Below are positions 13,454 through 26,178 of a stretch of 64,000 nt of DNA, piece after piece. The stretch is taken from positions 224,938,001 to 225,002,000 of the forward strand of contig NC_058368.1 in assembly GCF_018350175.1 (NCBI RefSeq). Reading direction: 5' to 3'. The DNA comes from Felis catus (taxonomy: Eukaryota). Within the stretch, counting starts at the first letter, position 1. Every line of letters begins with the position of its first letter. A program made the translations under genes and the position numbers. The notes under the pieces were generated by a model. The model worked only from the letters and a program-made list of their open reading frames with translations. It was not told the DNA's origin and did not search any database.

Positions 13454-14489
13454 AAGAAAATGAGGAAAAGACAAGTGTAATCGCAGAACACAGGCTGGGG
13501 GCACTGGAACCCTTGTAATCACCCTCCATTGGTTAATGCCACCAGTCTCTTTGGCCATGGTTGACTGAGTCAAGTGTAGAGACACATGACCCACGCTCTC
13601 CCTTAGGAATGTATAAAGTGGAGCGGGAACCACCAGAGACAAGTAGCAGTGTGAGTAGGGTTCCATGGTGGCAAGAGTCTGTCAGCCTTCTGATTCCCCC
13701 CAGAACAACCATGGTTTTCCTCCTTTTGCACGTTTGGTTTGGACTGTCCAGAGTATGTCACCGTACTTCCTTTTTGAGAAGAATATGCTCAAAGTTCTGC
13801 CAATTATTTGGGAACAAAAGAATTTCAAGAATAATATGTCCAGTATGATTTCTCACGCTTGACATTTAGATTTCAAACAACAGCAAAATAAATCTGGACC
13901 CCAAGAATATGTTGATTTCCAGGGTTCGTGGAAAGTGCCTGCTGACTTGGGTGGCTATAAGCTGACTGCTCTCCTGGTTGGTGTTGTGGCCTCTGGCTGG
14001 GATCATGCAACTTGATTCCTGTATTACAAAAACACTCAACAGAGAGGGGCAGATACCAGTGACAAGTAGCATTTAATTAAGAACAAGGTGTGCCTTCGGT
14101 GAAGCTGTTGTCCAAGCACTCCCCTTGAGAGGATCCCTCAGGAAGAAATGTTTCCTACACACCCTATCGCTTGGGGCCAACGGACAGGTCAACAGTCTTG
14201 AAGTCTGCTTTCCAGAAGGTAAGTAAAGTGCAATGTTGGAAGAATTGTGGCAGGATTATCCTACTGAGAGAAGTAGCCATACCATCGTAGCAATTAAAAT
14301 CATTCCAGAAGAGCCATGTTCAAATTGACTTGCTCAGCACAGGTGGAAAGGAAAATCAGAACTGAGATAAACCAAGGTTATAACCAAGAAGCGACGCTCT
14401 GTGACACATCCAAAGACTGGGGTGAAAACAGGAAAGAAAGTATAAGATAAGGGCAGTGGTCAGCATACAAGACACCGAGGCTGATTCAG

Positions 14490-14711
14490 GATGAAGAGTG
14501 AGAAAGTATTGGAACGATCTCTGTTCCGCCAACCCACAAGTTCATTACTCTATGACAGCATTCACTATACTGCCTTGGAGATGTCCCTTGCCACACAAAG
14601 CTTAATTCACTGAAGAGAGAGACTGCAGGTTCCTCTCTGGTCCCCAGCACTTGACAGAGTACCTGCCACAGGGGAGAACCTAAGTGGTTGCTAAAAGCCT
14701 GTTGAATGAAC
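14490..14711 (+). mobile_element. L2 3' end
   Basis: 'gtccccagcacttgacagagtacctgccaca...cctgttgaatgaa'. Confidence 0.65.
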
Positions 14712-15711
14712 TGGGACATTAACATACTATTTGGAGCGCAGAATAGCATTTTAATCTAATCTAGGAAACTGTGCGAGAGAATAGCAGAAGCAATGCATTT
14801 AAATAAAGGTTTTTCTAAAAGTGCAAATAGACTGCCTTTGTATCACATTCGTTTTCAGATTGTAAATAATTGCCTTGTTCTTCAGAGAAACTTTTAAATT
14901 ATATTGATGCCAGAAATAGGAGCAAGAGGAGGGGGAAAAAATCCACCTTGCTTGTAACAAATTAAAGCGTGCGTTTTCTTCTTGTGGCAAGTTCCCTGAT
15001 GCTTCCCGCTTGTTTATGATCGGCTAATGAAGTGTTTGTTAATCTTTTACCATAGCAGGGACTGGTCACAATCTGCTTAACAAAGGACACCTTTGCCTTC
15101 ACGCCTAGTAAAATAGTTGCCCTGCTTGACCGAACACTGCGAACTATATATACCTTTTTTAAAGCCCCTTCGTGGCGTGGTCCTAACGTAAGATGTTCCT
15201 GTGTCTCTTAAAGAACTGTTTATTTGAAAATATCAACTCCAGCTTTGAAATCTCAGAATGCAGAATCAAAATCTGTAGAAAAGGAAAAAAAGCAGAGTAA
15301 ATCGAATTGCATTAAGGCTTGTCCATGATCAAAATACGAGCCTAACTTCTCGCAGAGATGATCCTCACTGAAAAGAACAACAAATTAGATAGAAACAAGA
15401 TAAGCATGTAACGTTCCTTGTTTATCAGTGTCTCTCATATTTATAGAAAGATAATAAAAAGAAATGTCAAAGGAATTGCTATGTGTGATAAAGCCTTCCT
15501 GCTTCCTAAATACGTACAAAAGCTGTAGCACTTAGTGAATTAGGCAAAGCCCAGAGTTGCATTCTACTCATGAAAAATTTCGAAATAAGAGAACACGAAG
15601 CCTTGGAAGAGGCTTAATTTAAATGTTTTAATATTCCATTTGTTTCTTCTCCTCAGGATTTCAATGTTCAGAAAGGACATTAGTATTACTGCAGAACTTT
15701 GGAGACACGAT

Positions 15712-15915
15712 AGCATAGGGAAAAGCATGGCTTTGCACGAGCTAGAATCCAAATGAAGGCCAACTCCGCTACCTTGGGCAGGCTACGTAATCCACTCGAG
15801 ATGCAGTCCCCTCCGTCGTGGGACAGGATCAATGGCCTCTGCCTCAATGAGTTGACATAAGGAATGGGGCCCATGGGATAAGATGTGGCATTCCTAGTAC
15901 AAGGTAAGTGCTGGA
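15712..15915 (+). mobile_element. MIR SINE, degenerate
   Basis: 'catagggaaaagcatggctttg', 'accttgggcaggctacgtaatccactcgagatgcagtcccctccgtc', 'cctagtacaaggtaagtgct'. Confidence 0.6.
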
Positions 15916-17014
15916 GGAGTTTACCTATTTGGGGATCCCTACTGTTTTTGTTTTGTTTTTTAATGCATGAAGGTTTAGAATATAAAGACACAGCACACAG
16001 AGTTGGAGAGGAAAGACAAATATGAATTACAAAATAGAAGAAAACCCATATGCTGAGGTCAACATGTGACGTGTGGGTGAAACCCTGTGTTCGTTTCTGA
16101 GGGTGTTGCCATGGTTTGGGGTCAGCCATCCGCACCCCCCCCCGCCCCCCCGCAACAGTCCTCTCAGCCCTTTGGCATTGAGAAAATGATCACTGAGTTC
16201 CTGGAATTTATGGTTTGATGAGTCTGATAAAACCTTGCTGCATTATCGCTCTTTCATGTCTCATCACCTCTGCAAAGTAAGAAAACCCTGATGGAAATAA
16301 GAGCTGGAATAATTTGGGGAAAACAGCCTTTCATCCACCGTCCCTTGGACTAAATTCGGAGTTTGTTTTCACATATATCACCTTAGACAAGCTCCTCTAG
16401 AGACTGAAAATATTATTTTCAATTTGTTTGAAACTGCTTAGCATTAGCTGCCCTCCTTTTAGCTGTTACCTCTGCGCCTTTACGTTGGGACCTAAGGTGT
16501 TCAAACATCTGGAAAATGCGGTGTCGGAAGAAACAATACAGCAAGAGTATCTGTTTGATTCCACTAATCCCAACATCTTGACCCGAAATTTATAAATGAA
16601 ATGGAAGAAAGGTAGAAAGGCAAGAGAAGAAAAAAAGAAATGTTCTCTTGTTCCTGCTCAGAGGAGCAGTAATGGGTTATGAACCCTTTCAGAGTCATGG
16701 AGCAGAGAGAAAAATGGTTGCCTTGGTAACAAGGCGGTCCAATCAGCTGCATACTCTCTCCCCAGAGCATCTAATTTATTCAGCAAATGCAGGCTAGAAC
16801 AGGTGGCTAACCTAAATGATGCCAAAAAGCTTTAGCTCTCAAACATACCCACCCTCCAAATTTTCTTATACACAAAGTTTCATTCTTGTCCCTCATAAAG
16901 GAAGACTTAATGAGGTCCATTTCAGTGGGAAACATGACACGTTCGTAGGCAAAAGAGCCCTCTGCGTTTGTCACTTTTGAATCTTGTGACAAGAAGAAAG
17001 ATATGTGATTTTAA

Positions 17015-17059
17015 GAAATGACTGCTACTGAAATGACTGTCACTGAAATGACTGCTACT
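17015..17059 (+). repeat. 15-bp tandem repeat x3
   Basis: gaaatgactgctact / gaaatgactgtcact / gaaatgactgctact. Confidence 0.9.
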
Positions 17060-17459
17060 GCTACAGCTTAATTCTACCAGTCACTTTGAAAGTGGAGGGC
17101 ATCCTAACTCCTATTATAAAACTCCATGATTTGTATTTTAATAAATCTAATATTATTGTGAGCTCCAATAGCAAGAGAGTTTATCCCTAGATTTCACAAT
17201 TCTTGCTTTAGATAACAAACAGTCACGGAAGTTTCCAGTGCCTGAAGCCTTCCAGAAAATCATACCAAGCTACTTAAAGCTCCATTTATGATAGGGTTAA
17301 GCAATCCCAGTAGCTATACCTAAAGTTAGAAAGGAAAAATCTGGAAAACTAACGTTACGGCATAAACTTTTTTTTTATATCATATAAGGATTTTTTTGTG
17401 ATCCGGCCCATTTTCCTCTTCGAACTTCTGTTGATGGCAGATGGACAGAACTCCTCACA

Positions 17460-17795
17460 TCTCTGCCCTCTGCGTTTGCTGTTGTCTCTGTCTTAGAATG
17501 TCCTCCCAGCGCTGGGCTCCCAGCTCAACATTTATCCATCCTCCAAGGCAAAAATAAAGCGTTTTATTTTAAAAGCTTTTCCTCATGTTCCCGGGAGAAA
17601 TCACAAGGATCCCTCTCTGTTCCCTCTGTGAGGGATCCCATTGTTGCTACGTCTGCCTTCTTCACCCGATTGAATCCCCCAAGCCTTCAACGTAGGGACT
17701 GTGTTCTATTCAGTTCTCATCTCCAGAGTAGCCCCTGGCCCTTAGTGTAAAATCATAGATATTTGGTAAAAGAACAACCGATGAATGAATGAATA
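17460..17795 (+). mobile_element. L2 3' end
   Basis: 'ctctgcgtttgctgttgtctctgtcttagaatgtcct', 'agggactgtgttctattc', tail 'gatgaatgaatgaat'. Confidence 0.65.
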
Positions 17796-18646
17796 ATTGA
17801 GATTGTAAATTATTGACACAAAAACCGCACAAGCCAAATACGTGACAAAATATTTTCAGAAACTAAAATTAAAACGTCACCAGTTTAGACAAAGTGTAAT
17901 CCAGGGTGCTTGTCTGAGTAAAGAATCTCAGTAAGAATCTGAGTAAAAAATCTCAAATCTGTTTTGTCACTGAGCTGAACCTTTGCTTCAAATAAAGTGT
18001 AACTTGCAGCTCCTGTCTTTCAACTTGAAAGTCAGTTCATCACATGGGCTGCTGATCCTGTGGGTTCCTCCCCCTCCCTCCCCCGCCTGCTCTGAAAACA
18101 TCTCTACCCAGACCCCAGGCTTCCAAGAGCACAGCTCAGAAATACTGGGCTGGACTTATTACGCATTCAGTGTTGCCTTCCGACTTCTCAGTACATGGTA
18201 ATCACATAAGCAAGTGTTGGTTGAAAATGACATTTAAAATAAGAGACAACATTAGAGAGGAAGTTCAGGTCTTGGCGTTTCTCTGTTATTGATCTGCTTT
18301 TGAAGTCTTCCAATTGTCACCAAAGGTGACCCTTGCCGCCTGAGGATGTTTCCTTGGCAACAGGGATGACTGCTTCCAGCCTGTGAGAAAAGGCATCTCT
18401 GTTTGTTTGATACTCAACTACCACCCAGAGATGCTATGTGGCCTCAAAGAAACCAAAAACCCCACATTTTTTAAGTACGAGATGGGCTCTCCAGTTCATG
18501 GGCTGCATATTACTCTGGAAAACAAGAGGTGGTGATAACTATCTGGCAATGGTTTCCTAGGCTCATGAAAAGAACACAGCCTCTATACTGATGCATTTTC
18601 ATTCTCCTTCCCTAATTATTCCATACGCCTGCCTATGTGCACATGT

Positions 18647-18647
<1 letters not shown>

Positions 18648-18681
<34 letters not shown>

Positions 18682-18697
18682 TACAAACACATCTTTC

Positions 18698-18749
<52 letters not shown>

Positions 18750-18752
18750 TTC
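18648..18752. repeat. Compound microsatellite (CA)n + (TTTC)n
   Basis: Seen directly. Confidence 0.95.
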
Positions 18753-19526
18753 TATATTTAAAACCTTTTGCTTGTTATCAGTTCTCTGCTTTCTGTGTGG
18801 TCTCTGTTTTACCTCTTTCCTGTTTCTAATAGCAGCTTCTTTGTACATCTCAGCTTCTAATACCTACCAAATTATAAATCAGAGTTAAATGTCAACGTAT
18901 TGTGGCCAAAACAATCTTGCTGAGAGCAACTGATGGTCGATCAGCTCTCATAACCCCATATTATCGTAAGATGAAATGGAAAACTGAAATAGACCTTGAA
19001 ATTAGTGTTGTTTATGATCAACCCACCTTTAATTCACATTGCTCATATATTCTTTTAAATGGTATGGTAACATTTTATTTGTCATGCTTTAGGCCTCCCG
19101 AAAGCAATTTGGAAACATTTTTCTTGCAATCAATGGAACTTTCTAATGCTTGTTTCATACAATTGCATAATCATGCCATGAGAATTCTAGAAAAGCAGTG
19201 TGTCAGACATACCTTCATATTAGTGGAATTATTTTGCCTGGATTGTGTACTCACAAAAGGGGGGAAATCAATGAGGTGGTATAGAATCGTGCAGGAAATA
19301 ATTCTTCCCGAAAGATGCTTCCAAATATTTTTGTGCTAATTTCAGTAGGTAAGTAACTAAATAAAGTAGATTTGTAGACTGGATAATGGCATAGCAAAAG
19401 GTTCAGACTCAGAGCCCGCATTTTTCTGCGTAAAATGTACAGAATGCTAAGTATGAACAGTAAAAGTATATCTCCTTTCATGTCCACAGTATCCAAGGAA
19501 AATACCAATTTGAAAATATCATTCAA

Positions 19527-19762
19527 GGGGCGCCTGGGTGGCTCAGTCGGTTAAGTGGCTGACTTCGGCTCAGGCCATGATCTCGCGGTCCGTGAGTTCG
19601 AGCCCCACGTCGGGCTCTGTGCTGACAGCTCAGAGCCTGGAGCCTGTTTTGGATTCTGTGTCTCCCTCTCTCTGACCCTCCCCTGTTCATGCTCTGTCTC
19701 TCCCTGTCTCAAAAATAAATAAAAGGTTAAAAAAATTTTTTTAATAAAAAAAATTAAAAAAA
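19527..19762 (+). mobile_element. Young felid Can-SINE with perfect 15-bp TSD
   Basis: TSD gaaaatatcattcaa at 19512-19526 and 19763-19777. A box tggctcagtcgg, B box gttcgagccc. Confidence 0.97.
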
Positions 19763-19824
19763 GAAAATATCATTCAACAGGTAGTGTTATAAATCCATCG
19801 ATTCAAAACATGTTTTATTTTAAT

Positions 19825-19875
19825 TTTTTATTTATTTTTAAGACAGAGAGAGACAGAGCATGAGTAGGGGTGGGG

Positions 19876-19911
<36 letters not shown>

Positions 19912-20037
19912 CTGAAGCTGGCTCCAGGCTCTGAGCTGTGAGCACAGAGCCGGACGCGGGGCTTGAACTCACAAACCGTGAGATCGTGACCCGAGCCGAA
20001 GTCGGACGCCTAACTGACTGAGCCACCCAGGTGCCCC
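19825..20037 (-). mobile_element. Felid Can-SINE with long TSD
   Basis: aaaacatgttttattttaat repeated at 19805-19824 and 20038-20057. Full reverse-complement SINE body. Confidence 0.97.
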
Positions 20038-20334
20038 AAAACATGTTTTATTTTAATAAAGTTAGTAATTGTGCCTCCAATGAAACTTAGAAGTAATGCA
20101 ATTCCTTATTTTACATATGAGAAAATGAACACCAAGGGGGAAAGAAAGCCTATACAAATTGGTCTCAGACCTTGGATGGATATCAGAAAGTCTTTTGATT
20201 CCTTTTTGCTTACCACATAACATGTTCACTATAAAATTCTTAAGATGAGAATTGCATGTTGCCTTTATGGTTAAGTATTCCATTTTACAGCACAATGCTC
20301 AACTTTCAACGTCTCTAATACATTATTTATGCAT

Positions 20335-20810
20335 GTGATATTCAGTTAAGAATGCTTCTACTAAAAATAACAGAAAACACCATTTAGGTTGACTTAATAG
20401 ATATTGGTTTATTCTTCTGACATGACAAGGGTCTCCAGGGAAACAACTGGCATTGGTTTCGCCATGGTTGTTTCAGCATGGCAGGACGAGCATGCCTAAA
20501 TTCCCCTGGTGTTCCCTCACGTCTGCCTCCTCTGGTCACAAAATAACAATGCATCCTTTCAGCATCCCATTCTGCCTTCCAGAAAGAATGGAGAGGGAGC
20601 CATGCCAGACATGTCTTTCCCTTATATGAGGTAAACAAAATATTTCATAGACCTCTTTGAAAGTCCGTGCTCAGGTCACAGTGCCCAGAACTAATCAATA
20701 TGGCCACTCTCCTGGCAAGGGAGCCTGGAAATGTAAGAACTTGGTTTTTCCAACTGTTAGAGTTAACAACGGACAAGTGGATTTGGAACCTGTCAGGGTG
20801 AGCTACAAAA
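20335..20810 (-). mobile_element. Old MLT1 (J/K/L-like) solo LTR
   Basis: 'tcagttaagaatgcttctactaaaaataacagaaaacacc', 'tggccactctcctggcaagggagcctggaaatgtaag'. Confidence 0.6.
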
Positions 20811-20982
20811 GATTACATGCCTATTTCTGGACTGATAGATGACAGATAGATGATTGATAAATAGACAGATGAGAAAGAGAGAGAGAGAGAGAGATGACAT
20901 AGAAATCAGGAAAGAAACAAAAATAAATACCAAGAAAGATATTAAGAAATAAAGTAGGGAAAACATGTCCCACTGCAATCTT

Positions 20983-21197
20983 TTCTTTTAAGTTTATTTA
21001 TTTATTTTGAGAGAATGTGTGCATATGCACGCATGCACAGGCGAAAGAAGGCAGAGAGAGGGAGAGAGAGGATCCCAAGAAGACTCTGTGCTGTCAGCAC
21101 ACAGCCCAACACAGAGTTCAATCTTTTGAACCATAAGATCATGACCTGAGCCAAGATCGAGGCAGATGCTAAACCTACTGAGCCACCCAGGGGCCCC
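20983..21197 (-). mobile_element. Can-SINE
   Basis: TSD ccactgcaatctt (20970-20982) / ccactacaatctt (21199-21211). Confidence 0.94.
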
Positions 21198-21484
21198 ACC
21201 ACTACAATCTTAAAATAGAAAAAGAAGGTATCCAAACTGAGAAAAAGAGAGGATAGAAATGTTTTCCAAATGCCTTCCATGGTGGGATCCCAGATACATG
21301 CTCAGTGAACGGTGTCGCTAGTTACCAAAGCAGGCCAACAGAGAGGATACCGCAATTTCAGGGGACATTAAGAATCTGTATATTTTGCTAGTTGTCGGTC
21401 AAGAGTAAACATCAGAGAAACTATTGCTAAGAAACTTAATCACTTACAAGCATGAAATTTAAAATCACTGCCCTGGGGGAGGGG

Positions 21485-21702
21485 GGGACGCCTGGGAGGC
21501 TCAGTCGGTTAAGTGTCCTACTTCAGCTCAGGTCGTGGTCTCACAGTTTGTGAGTTCAAGCCCCACCTTGGGCTCTGTGCTGACAGCTCAGAGCCTGGAA
21601 CCTGCTTCGGATTCTGTGTCTCCCTCTCTCTCTGCCCCTCCCCTGCTCACTCTCTGTCTCTCAATAAATAAACAAACAAACAAAAACATTAAAAAATAAT
21701 AA
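21485..21702 (+). mobile_element. Can-SINE
   Basis: gggacgcctgggaggctcagtcggttaag start, B box gttcaagccc, (CT)-rich tract and A tail. Degenerate TSD taaaatcactgccctg / taaaaatcaccatactg. Confidence 0.95.
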
Positions 21703-22920
21703 TAAAAATCACCATACTGTGTGAATAGTGTAAGAATATTTTTGCATAGTCTTCTTAACACAGAATTTAGAAGAACAATATTGTAAGAAACAATTTGCTG
21801 TTTGATTTTAAAGCCATTTCCACATATTATGAAGGTACATGTGAACATTTGTAGGAGCTCTGTCTTTGCCTTTGGGTCATCATAGTCCAATATGAAAAAC
21901 AAGTGGGCCAGATGAATGTTTAAGGTATGAAGTCAGTAAATTCAAGCTCTAGGTCACCCTTGCCCTTTCACTTTTCTGATAACAAGTGTGGAAGTTTATG
22001 CTACGTCTTTACCCGTGGTCCCTGCTAGAAGGCAAGCTTCGTGGTAAAGGCTGTGCTCGTCTTGTTTGTATCTCCCGAGCGTTTCCAACACTGCCTGCAC
22101 AGTACTGTCGGCCAAAAAACAGCCGTTGCTTTCATAGGTGAAAACGAGTCCTTCCATTTACCTACCAGGCAAGTATTCTACTCCGAGTGGCATTCAGTAG
22201 ATTTTGCAAGCTTCCCTTCCAACAGGAGATTTACAGCAATATAATGAAACATTAGATCCTTGTTCAGAAAATGGCTCATTGATCCAGAGGATTGGACTAC
22301 AAATGTCTTGAGAGTGAGAACCCCCTGCTTATCTTTTTGCCTCTGTTGCCAGGCCCAGTGCCTGGCACATAATAAATGTTTATAAAATGAGTTGCTGAGC
22401 AGCTTTTATAGTGAGTGATTACTAAAGTGGTAGCAATCGATATTTGGGTTCAAACCTTAAAATAAAACTAAGTTGACATGTTTCCAACGAGCATCTGACC
22501 CCTGGGCTTTATTCTTAAGAACATCATTCAAGCTCAACAGTGTTGATCTTTCTAACCAGAAGGCTAATATAAATCTGAGAGGAAATTCATAAGACCCAAG
22601 GCAGCGTTGAGCACACACTCACACACACATGCAGAGGTACACGTGTCACATAGCTCTGTTTTTTTTTTTTTTCAAATCACCGTGGGCTTAAAAAACAAAT
22701 TGCTCTCAAAGAGAAAAGAAGAGCACAACTCAGAACCCTTGTGGGCTTGTCTGTAAGAACATAGAACAAAATAACCCTGTGGAGAGTGAGGCTCTACCAA
22801 ATCGTGTTGGTTACTTTCTATCTATGCAATTGCAAACACAACCTGTAACAAGTATAAAGGAAGAGAATATACCTCTTTGTGGCTGGAAATTGAAAGCGTT
22901 GCTTTATTGCGATTAACCCC

Positions 22921-22966
22921 TTGTTGTTGCTGTTGTTGTTGTTGTTATTGTTGTTGTTGTTGCTGC
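22921..22966. repeat. (TTG)n microsatellite
   Basis: Seen directly; source of the poly-N ORF at 22818-23030. Confidence 0.93.
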
Positions 22967-23935
22967 TAGGAACCCAACCAGCCTTAAAGCAGACTCCCGT
23001 TAACAAACACCCTGGTGTGCACCATTCCACAATACGGCAGAAGGTAAAGTAATGTAGGTGTTCTCAACAAATCAAATGTTGCATTTATGAAAATACTTCT
23101 AAAAGAGGCTCAACTCTTTCCATTGTGATGGTTTTACTGTTACATGCAGGCATAGCTAAGTGAGCGCGATCATACCTTAATATCCTGTGGGTGGGAATGT
23201 ATACGTTTTCTTAAATGTATACTTTCTCCAACTCTTACTGATGTCAGCACAGCCACGAGAAGTTCAGAATCCTTCTCCCATAACTGCAAGCACAGATATG
23301 TTTAGTTTAAGCATTTTATCCCACGGAATGAAAAGGAACACCACCACCGCCACCAAAAAAAAAAAAAAAAAAAAAAAAAAAGCAAAGCGAAACATACAAA
23401 CAAAAGACAGAAATAAATCCGTTGGAAAACAGAAGACCGAAGCGTTAATTGAACATTACCTTTTTCTCATAGGGAGGAAGATGCATCATGGCCATTGCTA
23501 TCTTTTCTCACTGTGCTGATTTAAAAACCCCCAGCTGAGAAGGCAGCTGTGCAGAGCAAGGAACTGGTGAGCTCAGCAGGAGCCCTGTATCCTAATGCTA
23601 CTCCCAGAAATTCATGCTCGCTTTCAGTGGCTGTGTTGTCGTGAGTAATGCCAGAAATGTGAAATGCTGTCCTCTTTTCTGCACCGTGGTACAAAGATCA
23701 CAGTGGTCGTGTCTTTAAGGACTTCAAAAGCCTGCATCTCCCCGTTTTTATCGTTGTTTATTTTCAACATAGCCTCCAAAGACCAGGCGTTGGCTCCCTT
23801 TCAAGGTATTTAAAATTCTGGAGACTTTCATTAATCATAAGGTTAATGGAATAGATGGCAAAACAGACATAAAAGTTGGAGCATATGGGAGAGGGAATGG
23901 TAACGTTGCTTTTCCTCCCTCCCTTGCCAAATTAA

Positions 23936-23943
<8 letters not shown>

Positions 23944-23980
<37 letters not shown>
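23944..23980. repeat. (GA)n microsatellite
   Basis: Seen directly. Confidence 0.95.
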
Positions 23981-23983
<3 letters not shown>

Positions 23984-25695
23984 CACTGGTATAGGCATTT
24001 TTTCCTAGATTGCAACAATGAAATCCTTATCTTCCAAAGATAAAAAGTACTACCTTGTATGCCTCTGACAAAGGTAGCAATACAAAATTAACTTCAACCT
24101 AAAATAAAGCTACATTTCTTAAAAGCCCTGGAAAATGGAATTAGTTTATTTTCTGATTCCCCATAGCGGCATTAAAAACATTTAATGAAGTACTCTGGAA
24201 ATGACTTGAAAAATAATTACAGGGAAAGTACCGGGCACCATAATGGCTGCAGCCCGTACTGCAGGACATGATTGATGTCACAACATTGTCGTAAGTGAAT
24301 AAAACGCATCGTATTCACAGGGAGGATTTCTGGGAGGCATAGCCTTCAAAATCAGGGGAAATAAAATGTTTATGCTTCTGAAGGCACAGACATTAAATAT
24401 GTATCTTATATAATATATTCTGAAGGTATAAATGTTAAATATATATATAAACCTATACGTGCTTCATGCATAAAATCACATTTATATGTATGAAATACAC
24501 ATACGTTTCGGTATGTATATGCAGGGACATTAGGATTCAGTATTTAAAGTGACATGTACCAGAAATGCCTCAACACTTAAAATAATTATTAAAACATTTA
24601 AAATAAAACCCGAACAGCAATTTAAAACATATGCTTCCTTGGGTACATTGCCTTTTTTTACCTGAAGCTACAACCAGATACAAAAGTCAGCACAAAAGAA
24701 CTGATAAAGGGGAAGATGCTCTAAGCCGTTTGAGGGGTTTTCTTCTATTTATATTCAGTTAATTTTGTAAGTCCACTTGGGGAGAGACAAAGAGCTGAAA
24801 TATCAACATTTAAATTTTTTTCTTTACCCATGGATTATGTGATTCAATAAGCATTTGTGAAGGCACACCTGGTGTCTAGGATTTTGCCATGTTAACCGAA
24901 ACCAAGGTGACAAAAACAAAAAGTCGAATGCGTGGATCGCTGAAGTACGTTCTTCTTTCAGGAAGCGTCTTTCTCTTGATTTTCAAATGGTGTTCCCACG
25001 AACAATATTTGGGAAAATCACACACTAATACAGTCTTCACTGCTGCAAACCAAATGACCACAAGTTTAGCAGCTTAAAGTGAAACACCGTTGTATTATTT
25101 GGGGAATTTAAACTCACTAACTTTGTAAAGAAGCATACAACTCAAAAATGTTGCCTTGGCCTCTTGTTGCAGATCGATAGTAACTTCCTTTTTTGTGCTC
25201 GTTTGTTCATTCATTCATTCATTCATTCACAGTATCTATTGTTGTGATTTCTGCCAACAACTGCAATTTTTGCCCTGAAGAAACTATTCAAGTATTTTGT
25301 CTACGAATTCACTGTTTCCAAAAATATCAAATATTTAGTTTTAGTCTCAACACATACGAAAGGTGGACCAAAGATGCTACTCTGTATAGGAAAATAACAA
25401 GATGCAAGATGGGAAATTAAGTAGATAATATTCTAGGAATGCAGTTTTCCCCAGTTTTCCAAATAATGATGGGTAGATTGAAGAATTCAATTTGATAGTA
25501 GAATCAATTTGGAAGCATGGAATGATGTATGAAAATAAGAAGGGATGGTAACAAGTACAAAGGAAGAATACTGACCAATTGGATCACATATAATTTTTGA
25601 TATGCTAAAAATTGTTTTTAGACTAGACTACAAAAATTATTTTCAGCTTATTACTTGAAGATATAATATAGATTCAGTAAGAAATGTAAGGTTTA

Positions 25696-25917
25696 GGGGC
25701 ACCTGGGTGGGTCAGTCAGTTGAGCATCCGGCTTCGGCTCAGGTCATGATCTCGCGATTTGTGAGTTCAAGCCCCAAGTTGGGCTCTGTGCTGGCAGCTC
25801 AGAGCCTGGAACCTGCTTCTGATTCTGTGTTTTCTTCTATCTCTGCCCCTCTCCCTGCTTGCAGTCTGCCTCTCTCTCTCTCTCAAAAATAAACAAGCAT
25901 TAAAAAAAATTTTTTTT
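25696..25917 (+). mobile_element. Can-SINE (first of tandem triplet, intermediate age)
   Basis: Flanked by taagaaatgtaaggttta (25678-25695) and taagaaatgtaaggtcta (25918-25935). Confidence 0.96.
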
Positions 25918-25935
25918 TAAGAAATGTAAGGTCTA

Positions 25936-26160
25936 GGGACGCCTGGGTGGCGCAGTCGGTTAAGCGTCCGACTTCAGCCAGGTCACGATCTCGCGGTCCG
26001 TGAGTTCGAGCCCCGCGTCAGGCTCTGGGCTGATGGCTCGGAGCCTGGAGCCTGTTTCCGATTCTGTGTCTCCCTCTCTCTCTGCCCCTCCCCCGTTCAT
26101 GCTCTGTCTCTCTCTGTCCCCAAAATAAATAAACGTTGAAAAAAAAATTAAAAAAAAAAA
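25936..26160 (+). mobile_element. Very young felid SINEC_Fc-type element (middle of triplet)
   Basis: CpG-rich and undecayed ('gcgcagtcggttaagcgtccgacttcagccaggtcacgatctcgcggtccgtgagttcgagccccgcgtc'). Identical TSD aagaaatgtaaggtcta on both sides (25919-25935, 26161-26177). Confidence 0.97.
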
Positions 26161-26178
26161 AAGAAATGTAAGGTCTAT

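Noticed and set aside
17607..17639. 9-bp stem hairpin ggatccctc...gagggatcc
   Set aside because: Short, lies within an L2 remnant, expected by chance in 64 kb.
18902..19339. 145-aa ORF in unique sequence
   Set aside because: GTG start, no recognisable domain or convincing flanking splice sites; consistent with chance.
25678..26177. Regularly spaced 17-bp direct repeats (CRISPR-like look)
   Set aside because: The intervening ~220-bp units are SINEs and the repeats are target-site duplications in a mammalian genome.
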